From IMG/VR virus record IMGVR_UViG_3300013947_000027, positions 1 through 64,000 of that record: a stretch of 64,000 bases of DNA; one strand, written 5' to 3'. The notes beneath the pieces were generated by a model, which ran no database searches, was not told the origin of the DNA, and saw only the letters and a program-made list of their open reading frames with translations. Positions within the stretch are counted from its first letter, which is position 1. Each line of letters begins with the position of its first letter. Position numbers and translations under genes: made by a program. Shown here one piece after another: positions 55,086-64,000 of the stretch. The DNA comes from a virus (lineage: Duplodnaviria; Caudoviricetes).

Positions 55086-55127
55086 AACAATTCCTCCTTC
55101 CATTAAAGGAGGTGTTAAATTCGCGAA

Positions 55128-55562
55128 TTAGAGGAATGAGTTTTCATTCAAGCATTTGGTATATGTAGTTTCAACATTCTTGATCGCAAGTTTTGCAATA
55201 TTGTTCTTGAAGTCCGGGTGCTTTGCACAATACAGCTCGTAATCAGAAATATCAGTTATGATCTGATCGAAGTGCTCTTTGCTATGCCGTTGTTTATGAA
55301 GAATCTCATCGCTGAAACGCAAAATTCTGGTTCTGCAATCATTCATTGCTTTCTCGTCACAAGACTTCTGCAATGTTGTAAGACCTTCCTCGAGTTTTGT
55401 AACTTTTGTAGACAAATCTTCATTCATCATTTTCCCGATTTTCTTAAGAATAGATGACCAAGGATTCCATTTGATCGGGGAAATCTGGATAAGTGACAGC
55501 AGTACAATAAGGATACCACATCCTCCGCCTGCAATAGTGGTTACCATTTCGGACGCACTCAT
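55128..55562 (-). CDS. Lysis-module membrane protein (holin-associated)
   Basis: N-terminal TM, IQISPIKWNPWS..RTRILRF; adjacent to the holin. Confidence 0.6.
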   Translation of the reverse strand: MSASEMVTTIAGGGCGILIVLLSLIQISPIKWNPWSSILKKIGKMMNEDLSTKVTKLEEGLTTLQKSCDEKAMNDCRTRILRFSDEILHKQRHSKEHFDQIITDISDYELYCAKHPDFKNNIAKLAIKNVETTYTKCLNENSFL

Positions 55563-55584
55563 TCAAGTCACCTCCGAAATATGA

Positions 55585-55857
55585 TTACTCTTCTGTATTG
55601 CTGCCCTCTACGAATCTCTTAAAGCCCTGGTGCAGACCTGTGGAAGCCAGACCCATAACGGCCCCGTAGACAAAAGATTCAATAGAGAGACCGCTAACAG
55701 CAAGATTCAGACCTGCGCCAACAACTGCCAGAATGACAGGAATATCATTGTTAGGCAGCCACTTCATAAAACTCGCATGCTTGATAATGTAGCCCAAAAT
55801 CAGGCATGCCACGATTACCACGAGAACAAAATGTTCACTCAATACCGTAAAATCCAT
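55585..55857 (-). CDS. Phage holin
   Basis: Three TM segments; IP.ILAV.G..GLASTGLHQ. Confidence 0.8.
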   Translation of the reverse strand: MDFTVLSEHFVLVVIVACLILGYIIKHASFMKWLPNNDIPVILAVVGAGLNLAVSGLSIESFVYGAVMGLASTGLHQGFKRFVEGSNTEE

Positions 55858-55891
55858 AATAAAATCCTCCTTCGATTAAATAAAATATATT

Positions 55892-56419
55892 TTAGTCATT
55901 GACTACTTCCACATAGATGCCGACAAGCTCACTCAGTGCATTATAAACCGGATTAATGGTGTCACGGGTACACTTATAGAGAATCTCGGTTTCGCTATAG
56001 TACTTCCCGTTCTCCAACGCCATGTTGCCGTTGTATGGAATCGGGTCATACTTCGTACCTTCATGCTCTTCGTCAATGCGGGTGTAGAGGCTTTCCGTGC
56101 CGGTAGCACCAGGGACCCGTGTAGACTGAGAGGTATGGTTTTGCAGGACTTTGTAGAGACTACCAGCAGAGACAAACTTCTCACCAGCTTTATATTCGTG
56201 GTCGACTTCATACTCCGGATAAAATGCAATCATCCGCAGCGCTGTCTGATCATCCACCGTCAGTGCATTGATCTGCTGTTTAATAAGCATTGCGCTCACT
56301 TCTCCAACTGTCAGTGGTCGACGCTTCTCTGCTGCCTCAATACGAAGCTTTGCTTCTTCCAGTTCCGCGATTTCTGATTCAGTCATGTCAACGTATTCGC
56401 CATTCATGTATTTTTTCAT
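55892..56419 (-). CDS. Tail-associated protein with CBM5/12-like carbohydrate-binding modules
   Basis: YKAGEKF..LYKVLQNHTSQ..PG; LYKCTRDT. Confidence 0.65.
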   Translation of the reverse strand: MKKYMNGEYVDMTESEIAELEEAKLRIEAAEKRRPLTVGEVSAMLIKQQINALTVDDQTALRMIAFYPEYEVDHEYKAGEKFVSAGSLYKVLQNHTSQSTRVPGATGTESLYTRIDEEHEGTKYDPIPYNGNMALENGKYYSETEILYKCTRDTINPVYNALSELVGIYVEVVND

Positions 56420-56432
56420 ATTAATCTCCTTA

Positions 56433-57347
56433 TCATGTACGTACTCCATAAACAACAATCCTAATTCCTTCGACACTTGCAGACAGAGTTAGTTCGAATG
56501 TGTTGGACATAGCGCCTGCTTTGAGAGTGTTGTAGTTCACAAACATATTTGTGCTCGTAAATCCAAATATATTCGTATTATTGTAAGCATATGAGATGTC
56601 ATAGAATTTTCCGTCGTGTAAACAGTACGTATTTCTTACGAACGATTCTGCTAATTTCTCGCATATAAATGTGATACTACCAGTAGGATACGCACTACTT
56701 GTTTTGTTTAAAAAAGTTTGGTAGTAACATAAGTCTGCCATATTGTTACCTAAATTAAGATAGGCTTTCTGTACTATAACTTTTGATTCTATTTTAGTGC
56801 CACCTATAGTTATAAAAAACATATTATTGTCGCCTAAATCAAAGTCTACTGCGACATTACTGACCGCTTCCGTCAATTGGACCTCGTACAGTTTTGTTAA
56901 AGCAGAAGACCCTCCCCCTCCACTCGGAATGTTCACAGTAACATTTTCTGTGCCATCATAATATGCGTCGACAGCACCAGTAAAAGTAAGAGGCGCATTG
57001 TTAGGAGTCGCATAAAGCGAATCCACGTACTTCTTATTAGTTGCTTCATAGGGTCGGGTTGGTGTCTCGACATTGAAAATAGTGACTGGTTGATCTGCAT
57101 TAGATCCATAGAGTGAAAGAACAGGTTTGTTAATGCCGTCAGTCTCGGTAGACTCAGAATACATCAAAACGCCATCAATATTCCCAGTCTTGAGTTCTAT
57201 TTGTTCTGTCAAAAGCGTTTTGCCAGGCATATTAATATTACCAGTAACCGTGCCGCCAGTTTTGTCAAGTTTTTTGTTCATCTCAGCTGCCGCTGGGTTA
57301 AATTCGTCATAAGTTTTTCCACCTATAGTTAGACTTTTCATTTCCAT
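56433..57347 (-). CDS. Tail fibre / receptor-binding protein
   Basis: KLDKTGGTVTG, ATNKKYVD, LTFTGAV..YDG fibre motifs. Confidence 0.7.
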   Translation of the reverse strand: MEMKSLTIGGKTYDEFNPAAAEMNKKLDKTGGTVTGNINMPGKTLLTEQIELKTGNIDGVLMYSESTETDGINKPVLSLYGSNADQPVTIFNVETPTRPYEATNKKYVDSLYATPNNAPLTFTGAVDAYYDGTENVTVNIPSGGGGSSALTKLYEVQLTEAVSNVAVDFDLGDNNMFFITIGGTKIESKVIVQKAYLNLGNNMADLCYYQTFLNKTSSAYPTGSITFICEKLAESFVRNTYCLHDGKFYDISYAYNNTNIFGFTSTNMFVNYNTLKAGAMSNTFELTLSASVEGIRIVVYGVRT

Positions 57348-57473
57348 TTTGAACTATCACCTCTTAATCTTTAACTATAGTTGCCGGGAGAACAGCCGTA
57401 CCTAGACTAGATATATAATTAGCATCGTTCCCTAACTCAGAAGTCTTAGTAGGAATGATGAAATTTTCAAAAA

Positions 57474-59579
57474 TTAATATGCAGTGTCGGTTCCGTCTGG
57501 AATATTTCGAATCTGGCTCCATTGGATAGTGAAACCTGCAGGTAAAGGACCAGATCCTTTTCCAGAGAGGTATAGAGCATCGTTTTGCAGTTCAGAAACT
57601 TTGGTAGGAACATCTGCGCTTGTAATATATCCAGAATCATTTGTTAATTGCGAGGTTTTAGTCGGGAGTTCTGTTTTCTTAGCATAGTTGCTAAGAACAT
57701 CGGCAGTAAGTACTTCATTTGCTTTTACATACCCAGCATCATTCTCAAGCTGGGAAACTTTAGTAGGAAGATCTGACTTCTTAGCGTAATCAGTCAAGGA
57801 AGGATCGGTAGAGGCACCAGAGCTGTCGGTTTCAAATGTGCAAACCCAGGCGCTCCATTCGTAAAGGCCAGATGTATCTAATCCTCGGATTCGCTCAAAT
57901 ACTTGAGTTCGAGCTGGAATAAATGTGTTAGTTATTGTCAGCCTCTGTTTTACTTCGTGAGAGCCACTTTTGAATACCTCAATGCAGAAGCCATTGCTAG
58001 CACTTGAACTAATTGGAAAGTTTGAGAAATTAGCTGGCACACCATTTCCATAATAGAAATTCGGAAGCACTACATCGTTAAGATCCGTACCACTCTCAAT
58101 AAGAATAGGAGTAATACCACCGGTGAACTTGGTGCTCATACCAATGTCAAGCGTATCATCAAGCTCAGCAGCTTTGCCAATGCCAAGACCCTTTCCGTTT
58201 GCCTTCCAATGCATAATTGAATAGGCAGTCGCAACTTGGGCTATAGCAGTGGCCGTATTAAATCCATCATAGACAGTCAGTTTGATCTCATAAGAGGTTT
58301 CTGTGTCTGCCTGGAATGTCGCCTCGGCCTTAATACTATCATCTGTAACAAGCGAGTTAGGGAAATACTTTTGGGCTTCGATTGAAAACAGCTCTGTCCA
58401 TGCAGAGTTACCATGCTTTCTGTAATAGGCTTTGGTCATCGCAGGCTTACCATCGTCGTAACCATAATCAGTATTCCAGAAGCCGGACTCATACGCAGGA
58501 TGCACTCGAATATAAGATCCGCGATCATTTGCCGTACCATCACTATCGCATCTCTCGCCGACAAGTTTAGTAATCTTGCACAACGGACATTTAAGAACAC
58601 TAATAGTCTGAGTCACAGTTCCAGTTCGGCCACGCTTGTCAACTACAGTAGCAGTAACTGTGACGTTGCCGTATGAAGTAGGAGCGCTCATAGTTACACT
58701 CTGACCACTATAGCTGGCATTACCCATTTTGACTGTAGACGTTGCAATTGTAGAACCATATGCTCCAGTAAAGGCAACGTTCGCTTTTACCTTTGTAACA
58801 TTCTGGATGTACACGGGATGCTGATTCCACCACGTAGAATCGTAGTAGTTGGTAATCATAGGAACACTTTCAAGGATGATTCTGCAGCTAGGGGCAACAG
58901 TATCAGGAATAGAGTAAAATACTGTCTTAGTCGAGTTTCCAATATTCGTGTCACCAGAATATGTAGTGATAGCGAAAGTCAGAGAAACTACTGTACCTGT
59001 AGTATTCTCACTAGCCAATGTCAGTGGAGGAGTCCAACTAATACTTGTTGAAGAAGACTTCGTAACCACGGTTCCGGTCGTTAATCCGCAAGTATACGTG
59101 ATTGTATGCGTAAAGCTACTGCTCTGTCTTGTAACGGTCAATGTCTGTGCTTTTCCAAGTATGCCATCGCTTGCACTAAGAGTAGAGATACGAGGAATTC
59201 TATCAAGCTGGAATGTACCAGACCCAGTCTTATTAGGTGTCCAGTCATAAATTCCCGCGGTCACAGATACAGAAAACGACTTGTTGCCATCCGAATTATG
59301 CGCAATAGTCAAACTACCGCTGCCGACAACAGTTCCGTTATAAAGCTTAACTTCAGAACTATCTCCTTGCGAGTTAAGCACAGTAACACCATTGATAACT
59401 ACTGTGAAGTTTCTAGCATAACAATATGAGAAAGAAGCCGAACCAGCACCTTTCAGTGTCCAAGAAATTGTCGTAGTGTTATTAGCAATACTCTGAGAAA
59501 CCTGTGACCAGGAGAGGACTAAATGGCGTCCACTATAACCGGTCGTACTTACACTTCCACTAGAAGCCATATTAGCCAC
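57474..59579 (-). CDS. Siphovirus minor tail protein (DUF859-like) with PTKxSxLxND repeats
   Basis: QSIANNTT, I.HNSDG.K, IPR.S, RCD..G, G.GK.AE; three C-terminal repeats. Confidence 0.75.
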   Translation of the reverse strand: MANMASSGSVSTTGYSGRHLVLSWSQVSQSIANNTTTISWTLKGAGSASFSYCYARNFTVVINGVTVLNSQGDSSEVKLYNGTVVGSGSLTIAHNSDGNKSFSVSVTAGIYDWTPNKTGSGTFQLDRIPRISTLSASDGILGKAQTLTVTRQSSSFTHTITYTCGLTTGTVVTKSSSTSISWTPPLTLASENTTGTVVSLTFAITTYSGDTNIGNSTKTVFYSIPDTVAPSCRIILESVPMITNYYDSTWWNQHPVYIQNVTKVKANVAFTGAYGSTIATSTVKMGNASYSGQSVTMSAPTSYGNVTVTATVVDKRGRTGTVTQTISVLKCPLCKITKLVGERCDSDGTANDRGSYIRVHPAYESGFWNTDYGYDDGKPAMTKAYYRKHGNSAWTELFSIEAQKYFPNSLVTDDSIKAEATFQADTETSYEIKLTVYDGFNTATAIAQVATAYSIMHWKANGKGLGIGKAAELDDTLDIGMSTKFTGGITPILIESGTDLNDVVLPNFYYGNGVPANFSNFPISSSASNGFCIEVFKSGSHEVKQRLTITNTFIPARTQVFERIRGLDTSGLYEWSAWVCTFETDSSGASTDPSLTDYAKKSDLPTKVSQLENDAGYVKANEVLTADVLSNYAKKTELPTKTSQLTNDSGYITSADVPTKVSELQNDALYLSGKGSGPLPAGFTIQWSQIRNIPDGTDTAY

Positions 59580-61248
59580 CCACCTTTACAAATGATAGCG
59601 ATCCATCCGAGTTCGGAAGGAAAGCAAAATTACCAAACTGAGCTCTCTCGTTCACGTCGACAACGATATTGCCAGTATGGAAATTGTTGCCATCCCAAGA
59701 TCCAAATGTGACATCATCTTTAGTGAAGAGAATCTGGTCATTGTCAAGAATAAGCTTAATTGAGCTATCAGAAGAGCCAATTGTAATCGCATTTTCACCA
59801 GAAAACGTGATGTACTTATAAAGTTCATTAAACTTCGTCTGCATATCACCATCAACATCAGTTACTTGCTGACTAACGGTGCTGAACGTCATCGTGATAC
59901 GGTCTGCAAGAAGCTCCAACTGAGAACTAACAGTCTGCTTAAACTCGTCATACTCTCCAGATTCAACATAAGTCTTAAGAGCGCTAAGAATAATAGACTT
60001 GCAATCCGAGATGATCTCAGTTTTCTGAGTTGTCATCGATTCACGGATATCAGAAATAGCATTCTCAGTATCTTCAGGAGAAGGAGTAAAGTCCGTTTCC
60101 TGATTTCCTTTTTCTATTTTGAGGTACGAGAAGTTAATTGTAATTCCCTTCTCATTTGCATCCATGCTGCTCATGGCAATCTTAACTGCTACAAGATTGT
60201 TAGTCTTTTCGCTAATGTTCATCGTGCAACTATGACGTTTGCCGTCGATACTACGCTCGTTTTCAGTTGTGAGAATCGTTCCAACCGCATTGTCAGCACC
60301 AACATTATAAGCGCTCACAACGTACGCACCAGTACGAGAAGACAACGACGCGTCATAAGCTGAACTGACAGATACAGTCAAGTCATTAGCATCACCGGAA
60401 TCGACAATAAAATATTTGTAAGTGACGTCGCCAGTAGTTTCGGTCTCGCCGCTCGAACTAGCAATAGCAACTGTGACGTTTCCGTTACCATCATCAGTGA
60501 TCCCCATGCCAGTAGAATCTACAACTGTAACATTGCCACTACCGTCATCAGTAATAGCGCCTTCATTTCGGTTAATAATCGCAATATTACCCTTACCGTC
60601 ATCTGTGTAACTAACTTCATTGCCAGATGTGGAAAGAGTAAAGTCATATTCGCTCACAAGGTTACGTCCACCAATGTCCACGCTGTCAAGAGTACTACTG
60701 ACAGAATAAGACGTGGATGTAGTATCATCGGTGTAAGTAATAACAGTGCGAGTCCAGAGATACGGTTTCTCGGAGGTTGTTTCGGGGATAGATTTCGTCC
60801 ACGTTCCTTCGGGAGGCGTAGTTCCAGACTCGCCAATCTGATAAGTAATTTCTGCAGTTTTTATACCTTTGCCATCCGCTCCATCACTACCTTGGATCGC
60901 CACAGAGAATGTGAACTTTTTAGTGATTGTTATCTCGTCAACCACAATGTGAATAGTCGCTTGAGTCGTCTCTGTGATTGTGTCATTAGTTGTAAAAGTG
61001 ATAACAGGAGAAGATGTGCCATTATTATTTATGATTGCAGAAATGCCGCTCGGGCATTGAACAGCTACAACTCTGACTTCTTCACACTGCTGAGAGCCAC
61101 AGTAAGCTGTTACTTGAGTCGTACAAGTTAGGCCAGAGGGTGCACCCGTCGAATCGCCAACAAAGGTGTACCCTTCACTGGACAAAAGTGCAGAATAGGC
61201 ATCGGTAACATCTACAATCGTAATCTGACCAGATGCTTTAATGCCCAT
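59572..61248 (-). CDS. Minor tail protein
   Basis: IGGRNL, KIEKGN..TD..P.PED, C-terminal FGNFAF.P..DG.L. Confidence 0.75.
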   Translation of the reverse strand: MGIKASGQITIVDVTDAYSALLSSEGYTFVGDSTGAPSGLTCTTQVTAYCGSQQCEEVRVVAVQCPSGISAIINNNGTSSPVITFTTNDTITETTQATIHIVVDEITITKKFTFSVAIQGSDGADGKGIKTAEITYQIGESGTTPPEGTWTKSIPETTSEKPYLWTRTVITYTDDTTSTSYSVSSTLDSVDIGGRNLVSEYDFTLSTSGNEVSYTDDGKGNIAIINRNEGAITDDGSGNVTVVDSTGMGITDDGNGNVTVAIASSSGETETTGDVTYKYFIVDSGDANDLTVSVSSAYDASLSSRTGAYVVSAYNVGADNAVGTILTTENERSIDGKRHSCTMNISEKTNNLVAVKIAMSSMDANEKGITINFSYLKIEKGNQETDFTPSPEDTENAISDIRESMTTQKTEIISDCKSIILSALKTYVESGEYDEFKQTVSSQLELLADRITMTFSTVSQQVTDVDGDMQTKFNELYKYITFSGENAITIGSSDSSIKLILDNDQILFTKDDVTFGSWDGNNFHTGNIVVDVNERAQFGNFAFLPNSDGSLSFVKVGG

Positions 61249-61322
61249 TAATGTTGTAAACCTCTCTTGCCTTCAAAATTGTGTTATGCCACATATATTA
61301 AATCACTCTCCTTTTATCATTT

Positions 61323-63191
61323 TTAAACTCCTATGACATATCTGAGAACAAAGCGATTATTGGTGTATTTGATACCAGTAGTACCAGTTCCGGTAAGAGC
61401 ATTATTCGCATGGCCAGTAAGTTTATCATCACTGATATACAAGTATTTAGTACCTGCGTAGCCAAAATTGCTAGTGAACAAAACAAATGAATGCCCTTTT
61501 CCGGGGTGAGTAGTTACTAGTTTCTTAGAGATGAAAAACGAAATAAATGACTGGTTCTTGGCCTCACTGTCGTAATACTCTGAAAATACTAAGCATATTC
61601 CACTCGGTTGTATACTTACTTTTTCAGAAAACGTTGCAGTTTGGTTAGCATTCATATACCAAGCCCCAGACCAAAGAATGGTACCTGGCATATCGTATAC
61701 GCATTTCCAATCGCCCCATGCCGACGTGTAATAGAACCTTTCCCAAACTCTAGCTTTATTTTTGTCGCAAACTGTTGCGGTTTGTTTTGTCTGTCCGTTA
61801 GGTCCTGCTCCTTCAACTCTAAGAGTAAATGACCCACTAGTGAAAGGAGCATTAGTATACGCGTTATCTGTTATATTTCTTCCACTGTAGACGTTTGGGG
61901 TTAGGATTGTATTCAGGTCCGTGCCTGCTGCTAATATAAGCTGAAGTATTCCACCAGTGAACTTAGCTTGGTAACCAAACTCTGCAAGGTTAGCCGTTTC
62001 AGCCGTCTTGCCGAATGCAACACCAGTACCACCAGATTTAAAATCAATAGGAAATTTAGTGGTGCCAAGAGTTTTTGTTACTGTTGTAGTGCCATTTTTG
62101 GTATCAGTCACTTTAATCGTGTACGCATAAGACTTATCTTGACTGATCGATCCACCAACGATTTTGGATGCCGAACCACTATTTCCAGATGCAGTGACAG
62201 TAACTGTTGAAGATCCTTGGGTTATTGTAATAGTCTTTACAGGATTGGTCCCTGTTATCTGACAACAAGACCAATCAAAAGTGATTTTACAATAAGATCC
62301 GGTCTCTAAAGCAGTTCCATTTTGATCGCAACGAGCTAATTTTATGTTAGTGATTGTCGGCTTAGTGTACGCCAACTCCCAAACAGCATACAAAGCAATA
62401 GCCGCATTGGCTGTATAGTTTGCGCCGGCTACATAAGCAACAGTTCCAGTAGCAGTCTTGGACCAACCTTTAAAATTGTAATTTGTTCTGGTTGGTTTAG
62501 TTGTAGATAGTTTCAGGGTAACTCCGTATTTCTTTGTCTGCTGACCAGGAGCTCCAGAGCCTCCATTTGCATTGTAGGTAACCTTATAAGTCACTGCTGC
62601 CCACACAGCATATAGAGTAACTGCTGCATTTGCTGTATAGCTCGCTCCTGAACCATATGTAACAGAGCCACTTGCGGATGTTGCCCAACCTTTGAAGGTA
62701 TAGCCAGTTCTAGTCGGCTTAGTACTAGACAAAGTTATGTTCGTGCCATGCCACTTTGTCTGTTGAGATGGTGCGCCAGAACCTCCATTTGCGTTGTACG
62801 TGATCTTGTATGACGTCTTTGCCGCAACGGATATAGACCCACTAGCGCTTTTAGTTCCGCCATAAACATTCTTCCAAGTGAAGTTCATGACAAAAGTCAA
62901 AGCTAGCGCAATACTTTTTGTTGAGGTTCCTTTGTTTATTGTAACAGTGCCAGTTGCAATGTTTTGAGTGGTCTTCCCACCTATTGCGAAAGTGCCTGTC
63001 TTTACGGTGTTACCATCTATTTTGACCGTATAATCCTTATTTAAGCTTGAGTTAACGGTGTAGCCATGAGTGACCCATTTCAAGGTCCAAGAAAGAGTTG
63101 AGGTGGTCGCTGTACTGCTACTCTCTGTCACGATTAGTTGTGCTTGTGGACAAGTTGAACTACCAAACTGAGGAGTGCTAATTGTAGCCAC
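61323..63191 (-). CDS. Minor tail protein (DUF859-like) with two Listeria-Bacteroides (InlB B-type) repeats
   Basis: Two copies of Y..TYNANGGSGAP..PTRT.Y.FKGW..LYAVW; RCD..G; GVAFGK.AE. Confidence 0.8.
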   Translation of the reverse strand: MATISTPQFGSSTCPQAQLIVTESSSTATTSTLSWTLKWVTHGYTVNSSLNKDYTVKIDGNTVKTGTFAIGGKTTQNIATGTVTINKGTSTKSIALALTFVMNFTWKNVYGGTKSASGSISVAAKTSYKITYNANGGSGAPSQQTKWHGTNITLSSTKPTRTGYTFKGWATSASGSVTYGSGASYTANAAVTLYAVWAAVTYKVTYNANGGSGAPGQQTKKYGVTLKLSTTKPTRTNYNFKGWSKTATGTVAYVAGANYTANAAIALYAVWELAYTKPTITNIKLARCDQNGTALETGSYCKITFDWSCCQITGTNPVKTITITQGSSTVTVTASGNSGSASKIVGGSISQDKSYAYTIKVTDTKNGTTTVTKTLGTTKFPIDFKSGGTGVAFGKTAETANLAEFGYQAKFTGGILQLILAAGTDLNTILTPNVYSGRNITDNAYTNAPFTSGSFTLRVEGAGPNGQTKQTATVCDKNKARVWERFYYTSAWGDWKCVYDMPGTILWSGAWYMNANQTATFSEKVSIQPSGICLVFSEYYDSEAKNQSFISFFISKKLVTTHPGKGHSFVLFTSNFGYAGTKYLYISDDKLTGHANNALTGTGTTGIKYTNNRFVLRYVIGV

Positions 63192-63196
63192 CGACC

Positions 63197-64000
63197 TCAC
63201 TCTCCTTTCCAAATGAGACCCATGTTGCCATTGGCGCGTTCGGCGAAAGCAAATCCGCCAAACACCAATTCATCTTCAACTTCTGCTCTGCCAATTTTTA
63301 ACGATTGATTAGTTACATATGCCGGGATGCTAGTGCCATCCATAAACTTAATTGCAGTATTCGTGATGATGACTTTGAACGACCCCTCATTGCCAAGTTC
63401 GATCTGAGGTTCTTCTCCGTCAGTGCTAATACGTATATAGCTCGTCAGAGTCTCAAGACTCTTTACGACATTCTGCAAGGCTTCAATATTACCACCAGTT
63501 TCAGCGAGATCACTTTCTAAAGTTTTAAGATCATCTGTGGCTGTCTGTAACTGAGCAAGAGTTTCACCCATTGAAAAGACCCAACCATCGGAGGTCTGTT
63601 TCATCAACGAGCCACCGTTCTCGTCGACTACTAGAGTGGATATGAGTCCTTCTATCGCGCTGATATTCATTTCAGCAGTTTCTAGGCGTGCGCTCATTGC
63701 ATCAGATAATTCATCCATAGCATCGTTTGCTGCATCGAGACCATCTGCTGTATTAGCAGCGACGTCAATGTATTTCTTGGCGGCGATCTCATTAATAACA
63801 TCTTCAGTCATCGTTCTAGGCGTTGGAGCATTCCAGTAATATGTTGGATCATCTGCCGTTCCTCCAGACCACCCAATACGATCACTGTTATAACAGACCA
63901 TCGGAGATGTCCCATTAACTTGAGTCGCCACAAGAGGCTGATCGCTGTAAATATGATACAGTGCTCCCGTATCGCCGCCACCTCGGAGGAAAATATAGAA
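63197..64000 (-). CDS. Tail protein, C-terminal part (5' end outside the window)
   Basis: Frame open to 64000; coiled coil followed by FGGFAF.E..NGNMGL. Confidence 0.7.
   Translation of the reverse strand, partial: FYIFLRGGGDTGALYHIYSDQPLVATQVNGTSPMVCYNSDRIGWSGGTADDPTYYWNAPTPRTMTEDVINEIAAKKYIDVAANTADGLDAANDAMDELSDAMSARLETAEMNISAIEGLISTLVVDENGGSLMKQTSDGWVFSMGETLAQLQTATDDLKTLESDLAETGGNIEALQNVVKSLETLTSYIRISTDGEEPQIELGNEGSFKVIITNTAIKFMDGTSIPAYVTNQSLKIGRAEVEDELVFGGFAFAERANGNMGLIWKGE

Larger units (their letters stand above)
4294..55127 (-). promoter_or_regulatory. 33-copy dispersed motif TTCGCG-N6-ACA-N5-TATTATG (putative phage-RNAP promoter), all on the minus strand
   Basis: Plus-strand cgcgaa/cgcgag hexamer starts at 4316, 5194, 5439, 5788, 7775, 8062, 8696, 8994 (variant), 9287, 9752, 10059, 10368, 10488, 10818, 11218, 11685, 15147, 20986, 26909, 31293, 36326, 45975, 47010, 48027, 48305, 48556, 49092, 49271 (variant), 49756, 50388, 50622, 52542, 55122. 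Spacing is 14 nt in the copies I aligned (15 at 10368). Each copy lies upstream of an RBS-led ORF or a structured RNA. Confidence 0.9.

Noticed and set aside
4294-55127. The 33-copy motif as an ordinary sigmaA promoter or as integron attC sites
   Set aside because: The 14-nt spacer and apparent +1 abutting TATTAT do not fit sigmaA. The motif lacks the GTT/AAC-bounded palindrome of attC and no tyrosine integron integrase is present. A recombination role is not excluded
56433-63191. Diversity-generating retroelement acting on tail genes
   Set aside because: No reverse transcriptase and no TR/VR pair differing at adenines was seen in the window

Overview
About 64 kb of a temperate tailed (siphovirus-like) phage, probably infecting a low-GC Gram-positive anaerobe (inferred from GGAGG-type RBSs, NrdD/NrdG and a large serine integrase). 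No host genes are visible and a candidate intact attP follows the integrase. Almost all genes are on the minus strand. In transcription order (right to left): tail and lysis genes (64.0-55.1 kb), a lysogeny module (cro, cI, serine integrase, attP; 54.8-50.6 kb), membrane-anchored paralogues and replication genes (helicase-primase-exonuclease and a B-family polymerase separated by an HNH gene, SSB; 48-36.6 kb), a tRNA cluster, nucleotide metabolism genes (PhoH, ThyX-like, dUTPase, NrdD/NrdG), many small accessory genes, a probable origin (6.7-7.2 kb) and a 1011-aa two-barrel (DFDGD) RNA polymerase with terminal HTH domains. The most striking pattern is a 27-bp motif, TTCGCG-N6-ACA-N5-TATTATG, found in 33 copies, all on the minus strand. 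It heads self-contained motif-payload-terminator cassettes. Most payloads are small proteins or micro-peptides, but seven are ORF-less structured RNAs (about 85-195 nt) whose closing stem starts right after TATTAT, and three are bare hairpins. My inference is a phage-RNAP-specific promoter system that drives a shuffled library of microproteins and undescribed ncRNAs. All calls come from reading the sequence; no database searches or folding programs were run.
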